A DNA stretch of 64,000 bases, taken from Oceanispirochaeta sp. (GTDB taxonomy: Bacteria > Spirochaetota > Spirochaetia > DSM-2461). Position numbers and translations under genes: made by a program. The notes beneath the pieces were generated by a model. The model did not search any database. It saw only the letters and a list, made by a program, of their open reading frames with translations, and was not told the origin of the DNA. The stretch is from assembly GCA_963663385.2 (NCBI GenBank), contig CAXXXD010000004.1, positions 96,001-160,000 on the forward strand. Reading direction: 5' to 3'. Below, in pieces: positions 1 through 10,187 of the stretch (the first letter of the stretch is position 1; the number at the start of each line of letters is the position of its first letter).

Positions 1-314
1 GCGTTGCTTATTGCCGGAACTATACCGGGAAAAACTATGATCCAGTCTTTTTCAATTTCCCATTCATGCCGTGTTCTCATCCACTGGCAAACTGATTCAT
101 AAAACTTGTCTGAAGGATCTGTATAGCCAAATATAAGTTTTTCCATAAATTCCGATAATTGTGAAATCAACTCCTGAGGATGTTTCAGTTCCATATCGGC
201 TACAGATAATGGAACTATATTGTCAGCTATACCGGGGCTTCGACGTTTCATGCTTTCCCACTTTGAGGAAGACATTTCGGATCTGTTAATTACTGTTTTA
301 AAATCATGATTCAC
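1..314 (-). CDS. MalY/PatB-family PLP-dependent C-S lyase/aminotransferase (N-terminal part; runs off the window edge)
   Basis: Not in the ORF track; translated by hand from GTG at 314 with SD GGAGG: MNHDFKTVINRSEMSSSKWE...IVPLSVADMELKHP...FGYT...WMRTRHEWEIEKDWIIVFPGIVPAI, matching PatB motifs (ADM, GY, W..RH.W, PG.VPA). Confidence 0.85.
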   Translation of the reverse strand, partial: MNHDFKTVINRSEMSSSKWESMKRRSPGIADNIVPLSVADMELKHPQELISQLSEFMEKLIFGYTDPSDKFYESVCQWMRTRHEWEIEKDWIIVFPGIVPAISN

Positions 315-325
315 AGTTTATCCTC

Positions 326-721
326 CTAAATTTCTTTTATGTTTGAATGAACAGGAATAATGGCATCAATTTCAATTCCGGCATTCAATGGCAATACAGC
401 AACCTGAAATGTGACTCTGGCGGGAAAGGGTTCTTTAAAATAAGTGGAATAAACTTTATTCATTGCTTCGAAATCATTTATGTCCTTTAAATAAATAGAG
501 ATCTTCACGGCATCTGAAAGTTTTACGCCACATTCAAAGGCAATTCCCTCCAGATTATTCAAACATTGTCTTGCCTGATCTTCAATATTATCGGGAAAAC
601 CCCCTGTATCGGGATTCATTGGCAACTGCCCGGAAGTAAAAATAAATCCGTTTGATCTAATAGCTTGGGAATATGGTCCTATTGCAGGTGGAGCCTTGTC
701 GCTTGTAATTTGCTGTCTCAT
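326..721 (-). CDS. RidA family (YjgF/YER057c/UK114) enamine/imine deaminase
   Basis: APPAIGPYSQAI, SGQLP, N..Y..YF..PFPAR, LP...IEIDAI motifs; start taken at ATG 721. Confidence 0.9.
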   Translation of the reverse strand: MRQQITSDKAPPAIGPYSQAIRSNGFIFTSGQLPMNPDTGGFPDNIEDQARQCLNNLEGIAFECGVKLSDAVKISIYLKDINDFEAMNKVYSTYFKEPFPARVTFQVAVLPLNAGIEIDAIIPVHSNIKEI

Positions 722-748
722 GCATTTATCCTTTTTCAATTACTGTTA

Positions 749-1594
749 TTAACCTTTGACACTTCCCTGGGTTAAACCAGCAACCAGATATTTCTGACCA
801 AGGGCAAAAATAATCATAGTGGGAAGAAGTGCTATGATTATCCCGGCACTCATTATGTCCCAACTCACTCCTGCTTTAGATATAAAAGAGTTCAGAGCTA
901 CCGGTATTGTTAAATATTTATCACTTGAAATAAGCATTACTGCCAGGAAAAGCTCATTCCAGATATTTACGAATGAAAAACTGAATATGGCTACCAACCC
1001 TGGGATACTGGTAGGAAGAATAATTCTGAACAATGCTGTAATGGGGTTACAGCCATCAATGAGCGCCGCTTCTTCCAAAGCTTTCGGTATTTTGTCAAAA
1101 AAAGCTTTCGACATTATTGTGCCGAAGGCCAGAGACAGAGCGATATATACCAGAGATAGGGCTACTAAATTATCAGTTAACCCTAAGAAGGATAGCATCA
1201 GGAATACTGGTATCATAAGAATAAATCCAGGAATCATCTGGGTGAAATATAAAAACATGATATATCCGAACTTTCTTTTTCCGTTATTGCTTCGGGATAA
1301 TGCAAAACCTGAAAATGTACAGATGATCAAACTACCCAAAGATGAAAGTACGGCAACAATGAGAGAGTTCATGAAATACAGTTTGAAGTTTGCAAAACTG
1401 AATAATCTCTCATAACTCTCAAGTGATATCTTTGAAGGGAAATAAATCAGTGGATTCGAATAGATCTCATTCATCGGTTTAAGAGATGTAATAAAAATCC
1501 AGTATAAAGGAGCAATGGCAAAAAGAAGGAAGAGAGACAAGGTCGCAAAACGGAATATTTTACCAACCATGATCTTAAAACTTTTTGTTTTCAT
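749..1594 (-). CDS. Carbohydrate ABC transporter permease (MalG-like)
   Basis: EAA motif LEEAALIDGC, about 6 TM segments, C-terminal GLTQGSVKG. Confidence 0.9.
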   Translation of the reverse strand: MKTKSFKIMVGKIFRFATLSLFLLFAIAPLYWIFITSLKPMNEIYSNPLIYFPSKISLESYERLFSFANFKLYFMNSLIVAVLSSLGSLIICTFSGFALSRSNNGKRKFGYIMFLYFTQMIPGFILMIPVFLMLSFLGLTDNLVALSLVYIALSLAFGTIMSKAFFDKIPKALEEAALIDGCNPITALFRIILPTSIPGLVAIFSFSFVNIWNELFLAVMLISSDKYLTIPVALNSFISKAGVSWDIMSAGIIIALLPTMIIFALGQKYLVAGLTQGSVKG

Positions 1595-2484
1595 AATGTT
1601 AGTTCCTCTTTTGATGTGTGCTTGATATAGAAGAATGAAAAAACAAAGAGAATGGATATTATCATCACACCGATTGCTGCACCCTGACCAAAGTTGTATT
1701 CCTTTATTATCTTATTTATCATCTCCGTAGCCAGAATATTTGTTGAGTTGGCAGGACCGCCACCGGTCATTCCGAATATTAAGTCAGGATAATTCATTAT
1801 CCATATACATCTGAGTAAAATTGTGCTTGAAATAGTTGAGCTTATATAGGGGATGGTTACATACAGTAATTGCCCTAGTTTTCCTGCTCCATCTATCTGG
1901 GCGGATTCATAAAGTTCTTTCGGTACCGACTGTAGGGCTGCCAATAGCATGACAGAGAAGTAGGGCACCCCGTACCAAATATTAGCAATTATAACAGCGA
2001 TCATAGCGTAATGTGGATTTGATAGAAAATTAACGGGTTTGGATATTATTCCGGATTTTAAAAGTAGATCGTTAATCATACCGAACTGCCCGTTAAACAG
2101 CCAGGCCCAAATGATACCAATGGCAAATCCGGATAAAGCCCAGGTGTAGAACACCAAACTCGTATACAAACCCCTTCCCCAAAAAGCTTCTTTTAAAAGA
2201 AGCGCCAGTAGAAACCCAAGTGAAAACTGGAAAATTACCGATAACAAAACCCATAACAATGAATTCAGTACGATCTGTATAAAGCTGATTGTCGGATTAA
2301 AAATAACAGTTTTAAAATTCTCAAAACCGTTAAAGTACAAATCATTCAGATTCAGCATTGAATAATTCATGAATGCGATAGAAAATATCTTTAGCACGGG
2401 AATGATTATAAGAATTAAAACTATCAATAGAGTAGGCAGTAACATCCATGAATATTTCTCATGCTTCCCGATAGGATTAGTCAA
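1591..2484 (-). CDS. Carbohydrate ABC transporter permease (MalF-like)
   Basis: LYESAQIDGA EAA motif, MTGGGP. Confidence 0.9.
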   Translation of the reverse strand: MTNPIGKHEKYSWMLLPTLLIVLILIIIPVLKIFSIAFMNYSMLNLNDLYFNGFENFKTVIFNPTISFIQIVLNSLLWVLLSVIFQFSLGFLLALLLKEAFWGRGLYTSLVFYTWALSGFAIGIIWAWLFNGQFGMINDLLLKSGIISKPVNFLSNPHYAMIAVIIANIWYGVPYFSVMLLAALQSVPKELYESAQIDGAGKLGQLLYVTIPYISSTISSTILLRCIWIMNYPDLIFGMTGGGPANSTNILATEMINKIIKEYNFGQGAAIGVMIISILFVFSFFYIKHTSKEELTL

Positions 2485-2544
2485 AATCTCTTCTCCTTAT
2501 AAAATACCCCCGGGAACAATTTCTCCCGGGAGGAAATAAAATAA

Positions 2545-3819
2545 TCAGTCCCAGTATGAAGCCCAATCTTTAGCAGCACTTTCAGGAGTGATCTGCCCCA
2601 GCAGTACTTTCTGCATAAGTTGTTCCTGAATCTGACTCCAACCCGGATATTTATCAGATGAATACGGGTATTTGACAAATTTAAACTTTACTGGAGTATT
2701 CATGGAAGTAGCCCATGCTTTATATACTCCTGTACTGAAGTATGGATCATCTGTAAAGGAAGTTGTATGGATAGGTAAAGTTCCATACTGTTTACAGAAT
2801 TCCGAGTTTTTCTCGGAAGAAGACATGAAGGATATAAAGTCCCATGATTCTTTCTGATGTTTGGAATAGCTGGGAATACCCAAGCCTGCGTATCCGTAAT
2901 CAAGATAAGTATATCCTGATTTTCCGGAAGGAATGGGAATTACAGTATACTGATCCCGGCTCAGCTGTTTATCAACAAGAGGAACGGTATCCGGGTCCTG
3001 TATCAGAAAGGGGGTTGTCCCTGAAACAAAAGCATTGATCTGTTCGTTGAAACCCCAGTTTACAGCATCAGATGGAGCCGCCTCTGAGAAGAGATCAGCG
3101 TATTCTTTTAATCCCTTTATAAAATCCGGGTTACTGAAGACACTTTCTCCATCCGATGTTTCATACAGGTTCTCGGTATTGATCTCGTCAATATCTGAAA
3201 GAATCATTATATCGGAAGTCTTAAAGGCATTCCCTTTCCCTCTGAAATCAAAACCGAACTGAGCATCCTGTTCTACTGTTATTTGTTTGGCAATCTTGTA
3301 GAGATCTTCTAGAGTTTCCGGCATTTCAGTTACCCCTAGCTGTTTCAGAATATCAGTTCTTACAAAAAGAGCCTTGATGTAGAAAAACTGTGGTATCAGA
3401 TAGGGATGACCACCAACATCAGAGGCAGCCTCTTTTGTTATGGACAACATAGTATTTGCTTCCGACCAATCTGAAATCATTGAACTTAGATCCTGAAGTT
3501 TATCATTGTTTACAAACTGAGAGACTGTCATATCTCTTATTTCAACAATATCGAGAGCTTGATTTGTATTCAGCATCATGGTCAATTTATTATCAGCCTG
3601 TTCATAGGGTGGTGAAATCAAATTAATTGTGATCTCAGGATGCAATGCCTCATACTCGGCAATGAAGCCTTTTATAACTTTTGTCCTGTCAGGATTTGTC
3701 ATAACTTCAAGGAAATTGAGTTCAACCTTCTTGCTTGCCTCACTTTCCTGGCTTCCATTTGCATAAGTATTAAAACCAAGAATCAGTACTCCAAGAATAA
3801 ATACGAAAAATCTTTTCAT
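2545..3819 (-). CDS. Sugar ABC transporter substrate-binding protein
   Basis: Signal peptide (YANGSQE), family-1 SBP length and composition, upstream of permeases. Confidence 0.85.
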   Translation of the reverse strand: MKRFFVFILGVLILGFNTYANGSQESEASKKVELNFLEVMTNPDRTKVIKGFIAEYEALHPEITINLISPPYEQADNKLTMMLNTNQALDIVEIRDMTVSQFVNNDKLQDLSSMISDWSEANTMLSITKEAASDVGGHPYLIPQFFYIKALFVRTDILKQLGVTEMPETLEDLYKIAKQITVEQDAQFGFDFRGKGNAFKTSDIMILSDIDEINTENLYETSDGESVFSNPDFIKGLKEYADLFSEAAPSDAVNWGFNEQINAFVSGTTPFLIQDPDTVPLVDKQLSRDQYTVIPIPSGKSGYTYLDYGYAGLGIPSYSKHQKESWDFISFMSSSEKNSEFCKQYGTLPIHTTSFTDDPYFSTGVYKAWATSMNTPVKFKFVKYPYSSDKYPGWSQIQEQLMQKVLLGQITPESAAKDWASYWD

Positions 3820-3955
3820 TTTCTTTTCCTCCTAATCAACATTAAACTCTTGAGACTCAAGATAATCAAATCACCTCCTTTTTTACTTGAGTATCAAAAA
3901 CATATCAAATAACGGATACTGAATTTTTTATTCATTTGTAATCCATTAAATACCA

Positions 3956-3973
3956 TTTGTTAACGTAAACAAA
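3956..3973. promoter_or_regulatory. Putative LacI-family operator upstream of the ABC operon
   Basis: TTTGTTAACGTAAACAAA, palindrome with central CG; resembles the sites at 11625-11811. Confidence 0.55.
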
Positions 3974-4081
3974 ATCTATTCAATTAAACCAGGCAAAGAT
4001 AAAATGATTCATTCAGTGCCTGGATTCATACATCTTTATTTCGCTGTATTCAAGACATCGCTGTTCTTGAATACAGCAGGA

Positions 4082-4720
4082 TCAACATCGTTCAGAAAAA
4101 AGAATATCTCCTTTCAATAGCGTCAGGGCGCCCTCTTCTGGGTTTGCCGCTTCCGGATGAGTCATTATCCATTTGTTATTACTTACAAGCAGATGGTCTT
4201 CTTCTGACAGAATTGTCTTTTTGACTTTAATTGATGTACAAGTGCCTTTTGTCAAGGCTACCGCTACCTGAAATCCCTGACCGTTATGGCCATCACAAGG
4301 GGCATAATGAAGTGTATAAGGATAGATCTCCATCATGCTGTTTGAAGGAACAAAAAAAGCTTCCATCTTTCCTGTATCATAGGTTCCACCTTTCATATCA
4401 TGATATGAACCTAGAACAAAGACAGTCTCTTTTGCTGTTATACAGATCTCACTGCATTTGTGATATTCGACACTATCCAGTTTTGTATTAAAGCCATTAC
4501 AGTAACCAAGCTGTATATACTGGCCTCCAAAAAAATTGTTTTGAAGATCATTAAAAACAGGATGTCCTTCAAGTTCCTCAATAGATGGAAAATATTCAAA
4601 TCCTGATTCAGGTACACGGGTCACTGATGTGAAGTGAGTAATAAAATTGTCAATATCATATCCACTAATGAGACGTGCATATCTGCCAAAATTACTGCTT
4701 TTACAAGATTGGATGTTCAT
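4082..4720 (-). CDS. DUF4867-family protein (cupin-like, unknown function)
   Basis: GGQYIQLGYCNGFNTKLDSVEYHKCSEI and TLHYAPC resemble DUF4867 as recalled; SD AGGAG before ATG 4720. Confidence 0.7.
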   Translation of the reverse strand: MNIQSCKSSNFGRYARLISGYDIDNFITHFTSVTRVPESGFEYFPSIEELEGHPVFNDLQNNFFGGQYIQLGYCNGFNTKLDSVEYHKCSEICITAKETVFVLGSYHDMKGGTYDTGKMEAFFVPSNSMMEIYPYTLHYAPCDGHNGQGFQVAVALTKGTCTSIKVKKTILSEEDHLLVSNNKWIMTHPEAANPEEGALTLLKGDILFSERC

Positions 4721-4767
4721 ACTCACTCCTTTTTATAATTGGTGCGCTAATACGATACCTGGGTATA

Positions 4768-6060
4768 TCAAACTTCAAGTCCCAGCAAGCGCGGAAGCCA
4801 CAGGGTTAGATCAGGAATAAAGCCTACACCAAGAACAACAATCAGATTAAAAAGCAGAAAGGGTAGAATCTCTTTGCTCACCCTGAATAAATCGACCTTG
4901 GCCATATCTGTTATGGCAAAAAGGACATTTCCCACCGGAGGTGTGCATAAACCGATATTGGTATTGATAATCAGCATTATCCCAAACTGTATGGCATTCA
5001 GTCCCAGGTTTTCTGCAATCGGCCACAGGATTGGTGCAAAAAGAATGATTGATACTCCGGGATCCATCCAGGTTCCCATAAAGAGAAAAAATACATTAAC
5101 TAGCAGTATTAATACGACTTTATTACTAGTTATTGAAAGAAAGAAGTGTTCGGCAACAGTGGGGACATGTTCTGCACCAAATACCCATGTAATAACAGAG
5201 GCGCCGGCTATAATCAGATATAGTTTGGCAGAACTGCGGACAGCGCCTTTAAGGGAAACAAGCAAATCTTTGATATTGAGTGATCTGTAAATAATAAATC
5301 CCACAAGAATGGAGTACATAACTGAAACAGCAGCCGCTTCCGTTGGTGTAAAAACACCGGACAAAAGACCGCCAATTATAATGACCGGCATAAGAAGAGC
5401 AAGAAAAGCATCTTTTAATCCAAAGAAAAATTGCTTGGGAGTCGTTTTTACGACGACTTTGGGATACTGTCTGTGTTTGGAAATAATGGCCACCATAAGC
5501 ATATCGATAATGCCGATCAACAGCCCCGGTATGATAGCTCCCAGGAACATCCCTCCGACGGAAACCTCCATAACAGCCGCATATAATACGATAACCGTAC
5601 TGGGAGGGATTATTGGTCCGACAAGAGATGACGCCGCTGTTATCCCGGCACTGAATTCACGGTCATAGCCCTGTTTTTCCATAGAGGGAATAAAAATAGT
5701 GCCCAGTGCTGCAATATCGCCAAGAGCGACACCTGTGATTCCGGCAAAAAGAATACTGGCCAGAACATTAACCTGAGCCAAGCCACCCCGAACACGTCCT
5801 ATTACTATATTGGAAAAATTAATAAGTCGATCAGAGATCCCGACTCTGTTCATAATATCCCCGGCAAGCATAAAAAAAGGAATAGCCGTCAGTACAAATA
5901 CATTAATTCCTCCAAAAACTTTTTCTGGCATCATCATAAGGTTCATGAAATCACCTGAAAACAGTAAATAAAAAAATCCGCTGACCAGCATAGAGAAACC
6001 AACCGGCATACCAAGAAACAGGAACCCCAGAAATACAATAAGAAATAAAGCCAATGTCAT
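4768..6060 (-). CDS. TRAP transporter large permease DctM
   Basis: LTAIPFFMLAG, GGLAQVNV, GPIIPPS, FTPTEAA, TPPVG motifs. Confidence 0.93.
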   Translation of the reverse strand: MTLALFLIVFLGFLFLGMPVGFSMLVSGFFYLLFSGDFMNLMMMPEKVFGGINVFVLTAIPFFMLAGDIMNRVGISDRLINFSNIVIGRVRGGLAQVNVLASILFAGITGVALGDIAALGTIFIPSMEKQGYDREFSAGITAASSLVGPIIPPSTVIVLYAAVMEVSVGGMFLGAIIPGLLIGIIDMLMVAIISKHRQYPKVVVKTTPKQFFFGLKDAFLALLMPVIIIGGLLSGVFTPTEAAAVSVMYSILVGFIIYRSLNIKDLLVSLKGAVRSSAKLYLIIAGASVITWVFGAEHVPTVAEHFFLSITSNKVVLILLVNVFFLFMGTWMDPGVSIILFAPILWPIAENLGLNAIQFGIMLIINTNIGLCTPPVGNVLFAITDMAKVDLFRVSKEILPFLLFNLIVVLGVGFIPDLTLWLPRLLGLEV

Positions 6061-6071
6061 TTTTTCCTCCC

Positions 6072-6602
6072 TTATTCTGAAATCGGGGACTTCCCTGCAT
6101 CTCTATCAGGATGAGTAAGATCCTGAATAAAATTTTTAATTATGAAAATTCCTAATAATATTCCGCTTAACGGAATGGCCATATAAGGCCACATCATCGA
6201 AATCCCCAATCCGCCGGACATCATAAACTTCATGAAAATAGCGGTATCAAAACCAACAGTTACCCAGACAACCATTGTTCCAAAGATACAAATGTCAAAG
6301 AATAATCTGATAGAATATCTCATAAGTGAAGGAAGATGATCGAAGAAATAGTTTACCCTGATATGATCATTGTCATGGGTTACGGATGCACATGTAAAAA
6401 GGGCCATGTATACAATAATGTAACGAGTCAATTCTTCAGCCCAGGGAAATGAATATTTAAAGGTATATCTGGAAAAGACCAGAGCAACCATTATGAGTAC
6501 AGAAGACATCAGTAAATAACTGGATACTTGTACAAGAATCTCAGATAAAGAACTCAAAAACTTTTTTGTTTTTTCCGAGATATGCTGATGAGATGATTTC
6601 AT
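6072..6602 (-). CDS. TRAP transporter small permease DctQ
   Basis: WAEELTRY, HIRV, 4 TM segments. Confidence 0.9.
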   Translation of the reverse strand: MKSSHQHISEKTKKFLSSLSEILVQVSSYLLMSSVLIMVALVFSRYTFKYSFPWAEELTRYIIVYMALFTCASVTHDNDHIRVNYFFDHLPSLMRYSIRLFFDICIFGTMVVWVTVGFDTAIFMKFMMSGGLGISMMWPYMAIPLSGILLGIFIIKNFIQDLTHPDRDAGKSPISE

Positions 6603-6647
6603 TTTTAATCCTTAATATTCTCAACTTTTACTAAAAAATAAAAAACA

Positions 6648-6682
6648 GCCTTTTCATATTACCGATGCCAATATGAAAAGGC
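6648..6682 (-). terminator. Intercistronic hairpin/terminator between dctP and dctQ
   Basis: 13-bp stem GCCTTTTCATATT/AATATGAAAAGGC followed by a U-rich tract on the minus strand. Confidence 0.7.
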
Positions 6683-6706
6683 ATGATTTACTGAAACTCC
6701 TGGATA

Positions 6707-7735
6707 TTATCTATACCCCAGTTCCTTTTCTACATTCTCAACAGCAGAAAGAGCTTCATTGACCCACCTTGGTCCTATGTTCCTGTTTTCTTTAAGATAG
6801 TTTATGGCCGAAGGCTGAGTTGCTCTTCTGAATTGATTCTTTTCAGCAATGGACGGTTTATATACTTTAACTCCATAGTCTTTTAGCTTTTGAAGTCCAA
6901 TGAACTCCTCAACCACAGATGTGCCTCTCTCCGCTACAGTCGCGACTTCTATAGAGTTCTGTATTACAGTCTTCAAATCATCGGGAAGTTTATTATACCA
7001 TTCTTCATTAAAGACCAGTTGCAAGGTTGAATAAACATGGCCATCCAGAACCATATATTTCTGAACTTCTTCCAGTTTGGGAACGAGAAAGGTGGAAACA
7101 GAGTTTTCCTGTCCGTCAACAACACCTGTCTGCAAGGAAGTATACAGTTCGCTCCATGAGATCGGAGTGGGAGAAGCTCCAAGATCTTTGACAATTTGCA
7201 TATGAAGAGGGACATTCATTGTTCTTATTTTCAAGCCTTTCATATCAGAAGGGCTATGAATCTCCTTTTTGTCATTCGAGAAATTCCTGAACCCTCCGCT
7301 TTCTGTCCATCTAAAAACACGAAGTCCTGTCTTTTTCGCCATGTCATCAGATAGTTTTTGACCCAAAGGTCCATCCAATACCTGCCATGCAACTTCTCTG
7401 TCTGCAAAAAGGTAGGGAATAGATAGAACTTGCAGAGGAGCATAAATAGAACCTATTACTCCATCATTCTGCAGAGAGACCTGGATAATACCCCTTCTGG
7501 TTTGGGCCAGCATGGATTCCCCGTTTCCCAACTGACGATTTGGATAGTATTCTACCTGGATTCTTCCATTGGATCGGGCCTCAACCTCTCTGATAAATGT
7601 TTCAACCATTACCCCGCCGTGATGGTTCCAGCTATTAGCTGGATCCTCTGTCCCCACTTTCATTGTGTAGGTTTCGGAAAAAGCCATAACAGAGACCAGC
7701 ATAAATACTGCTGCAAACAATACAAATCTTTTCAT
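6707..7735 (-). CDS. TRAP transporter substrate-binding protein DctP
   Basis: DMKGLKIRTM, ELYTSLQTGVVDGQEN. Confidence 0.93.
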   Translation of the reverse strand: MKRFVLFAAVFMLVSVMAFSETYTMKVGTEDPANSWNHHGGVMVETFIREVEARSNGRIQVEYYPNRQLGNGESMLAQTRRGIIQVSLQNDGVIGSIYAPLQVLSIPYLFADREVAWQVLDGPLGQKLSDDMAKKTGLRVFRWTESGGFRNFSNDKKEIHSPSDMKGLKIRTMNVPLHMQIVKDLGASPTPISWSELYTSLQTGVVDGQENSVSTFLVPKLEEVQKYMVLDGHVYSTLQLVFNEEWYNKLPDDLKTVIQNSIEVATVAERGTSVVEEFIGLQKLKDYGVKVYKPSIAEKNQFRRATQPSAINYLKENRNIGPRWVNEALSAVENVEKELGYR

Positions 7736-7788
7736 AATATTCTCCTTTATCTCAATTTGATACGGTTATTTATTAATCCTCCGGGAAA

Positions 7789-8964
7789 TTATTCCACTGA
7801 GGTCTTAATACAATTTGTCAGGGCATAATCCGAGAATTCATTGCCAAGACCCGGCAGATCAGGTATTTGTATACATCCATTCTCAGGTTGATAATCATAA
7901 ATACAAAGGCGTTTGTTGTGTTCTGTCAGACATATCTGATGATGTTCATGAATGACAAAATTGGGAATGACTGCCTCCAGATGGAGGGCTGCCGCAGTTG
8001 ACAACGGGCTGGCACAAACATGGGCCTGGACATTTACGTCGTACACATAAGCCATATCACAGATCTTCTTCCCTTCTGTAATACCGCCGCAATTTCCAAG
8101 ATCAGGCTGAATTACCTGGACCGACATATTCTCGAAATAGGGTGCGAACTGCCATCGGCTGTAGATTCTTTCTCCATGTGCAATGGGAATATTTACCTTG
8201 TTGCAGATGAATTCGGCCATTTTAGGCGTTGGAGTATTGGGCTCTTCAAAATAGAAGATCTGATACTTCTCTGCCATTTGTCCAAGCTGTACGGCTGTTT
8301 GGGCATCGAGGAACGAGTGATTTTCCATAATAATATCAACGTCAGGCCCAATGGCTTCCCGAACAGCGGCCAATCTTTCTTCTACCAGCATGACGGTATT
8401 GGGAGCCAGCAATCTTGTTGTATGTTCTTCATTCAGGAGTGAACAATCACGGGCAAAAGTGAAGAAATCGATCTTAATGGCATCATACCCTTCTGCAACA
8501 GCTTTTTTGGCTGCAGTAGCATAGTCTTCTTTTTTTCCCAGGTTTAACTTAACAGGCCCCCAGCCGAATTGAAGCTGACTTGCGTAGCAGCGAAGAGAAT
8601 CACGACGTTTTCCGCCCAGCAGGCTGTGCACGGGAACATTGAAATATTTTCCTTTAATATCCCAGAGTGCGATATCAAGGGCGCTGATTCCAGCAAAAAC
8701 GACGGGCCCTCCGTTCTGACCCCAAAAAGATCTTTTATACATTTTATCCCAGATAACTTCATTATCGAGGGGGTTCATTCCAATTATCATGGAAGCCAGA
8801 TCTTTCACCATACCGAATGCGGCCGGAGCTCCGATCCCGTATGCCATGGCCGCTTCTCCATCACCATAAATACCTTCATCTGTAAAAATCCGACAGATGA
8901 CAGGTCGCCAGGTCAGATCCTCTGGACACTCTACCTGCATTACATCAATTTTAGTAATCTTCAT
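7789..8964 (-). CDS. Mandelate racemase/muconate lactonizing family enzyme (acid-sugar dehydratase-like)
   Basis: ISALDIALWDIKGK, FEEP, HGER, QPDLGNCGGITE. Confidence 0.88.
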   Translation of the reverse strand: MKITKIDVMQVECPEDLTWRPVICRIFTDEGIYGDGEAAMAYGIGAPAAFGMVKDLASMIIGMNPLDNEVIWDKMYKRSFWGQNGGPVVFAGISALDIALWDIKGKYFNVPVHSLLGGKRRDSLRCYASQLQFGWGPVKLNLGKKEDYATAAKKAVAEGYDAIKIDFFTFARDCSLLNEEHTTRLLAPNTVMLVEERLAAVREAIGPDVDIIMENHSFLDAQTAVQLGQMAEKYQIFYFEEPNTPTPKMAEFICNKVNIPIAHGERIYSRWQFAPYFENMSVQVIQPDLGNCGGITEGKKICDMAYVYDVNVQAHVCASPLSTAAALHLEAVIPNFVIHEHHQICLTEHNKRLCIYDYQPENGCIQIPDLPGLGNEFSDYALTNCIKTSVE

Positions 8965-9001
8965 AATTTCTCCTCAAAGAAAATAAAGCCCCTATCATTT
9001 T

Positions 9002-10177
9002 TCATTTCATTAAAAAACCAAAATCCCCCGCTTTGCCTACTTCTGCCCGGGATGAAAATTCGCTTAAAGTCTCAACCAGGCCGGTTACTTTATTCTTGCC
9101 TTCAATAATTTCAACAGCATGACGGAATTTTACTTCGCTGTAAGGCAAAATTGTCGACACTCTTCCTTGTGTTCGTTCAAAAGCTCTGTTATTGGGCAAG
9201 TCTGTGCAGGGATTCAAACCGGCTACATAACCGTCCGTTTCCGATGCCGTTCTTTTCCACAAAATAGAATACGGCAGTGTGGAAGGATCAAAAGTCACAT
9301 GAACTGCCAGATCCTGACTGGCGTTAGTTAACAGCTGATGGGCGTTGCCTTCTTCATCTGCCAGGGCTTTGCATAGATAAACCTGTTCGATGAATCCGGC
9401 AGAAGGCCCCTGAAGCACGGCGATTTTTTCCGGATCGGTTGTTCCGAATTCGTCTCTGGGGACAAGTCGGGAATAACTGCCGTAGTACCGTGAACCCTCT
9501 TCAAGAAAAGGTTTTCCGAAATTGGTGTGATACAGTATTTCATATTCCCCCGATTCGGAACCCAGGTTGCAAAGGGTGTCTTCAATTGAAAATGAAGCGG
9601 AATCGGATGGAAGTGTTAAGCGGGTCTTCAGGATATAATTGACACCGAACACATTCTGTTCCGGTATTTCTCCCTCCAGTGTCATTTGTCCTTCATCATC
9701 AATCCGAAGAACAACCCTGGAGGCCGGTGTCCATCCAACCTTGCCGTGAAGAGGTAAAAAAACTTTACTTTTCCGGCCTTTATTGTCTGTAAGAACATCG
9801 TCACCCATCGCTCCAGACCACTCAATCCCGCAGCGGTTCAGCATTTCATTAAAACCATAATGACAGCCCCGGCCGCCCAGATCATAAAGGTTTATATATT
9901 GAGGATGGACAATTTCCTTTACAGGAGAGTTCCATCCCAGAAAGTGATGGCCTGCTTTCCCGTCAATAATGCCCATACCCCGGGTAGGGCAAACCCGCAG
10001 ACTGATCAAGCCATTTGAAATCTCTACTATTTCGACACCGGTCTGACGACCTGCTGTCAATGTTGTTTTTCTGCAGTATGCGGCATCACTTATTCCCAGA
10101 GATTTTCCGGATATTGAAAAATCTGATGTTGAAAATGAAGAAGCGCTATCGCTTATTATCCAGGTTGTTTCCATCAT
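9002..10177 (-). CDS. Aldose-1-epimerase-like protein (DUF4432 family)
   Basis: PTRGMGI, GWNSPVKEIVHP, PLHG, ILYHTNFG.PFL. Confidence 0.75.
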   Translation of the reverse strand: MMETTWIISDSASSFSTSDFSISGKSLGISDAAYCRKTTLTAGRQTGVEIVEISNGLISLRVCPTRGMGIIDGKAGHHFLGWNSPVKEIVHPQYINLYDLGGRGCHYGFNEMLNRCGIEWSGAMGDDVLTDNKGRKSKVFLPLHGKVGWTPASRVVLRIDDEGQMTLEGEIPEQNVFGVNYILKTRLTLPSDSASFSIEDTLCNLGSESGEYEILYHTNFGKPFLEEGSRYYGSYSRLVPRDEFGTTDPEKIAVLQGPSAGFIEQVYLCKALADEEGNAHQLLTNASQDLAVHVTFDPSTLPYSILWKRTASETDGYVAGLNPCTDLPNNRAFERTQGRVSTILPYSEVKFRHAVEIIEGKNKVTGLVETLSEFSSRAEVGKAGDFGFLMK

Positions 10178-10187
10178 TTATTCCCTG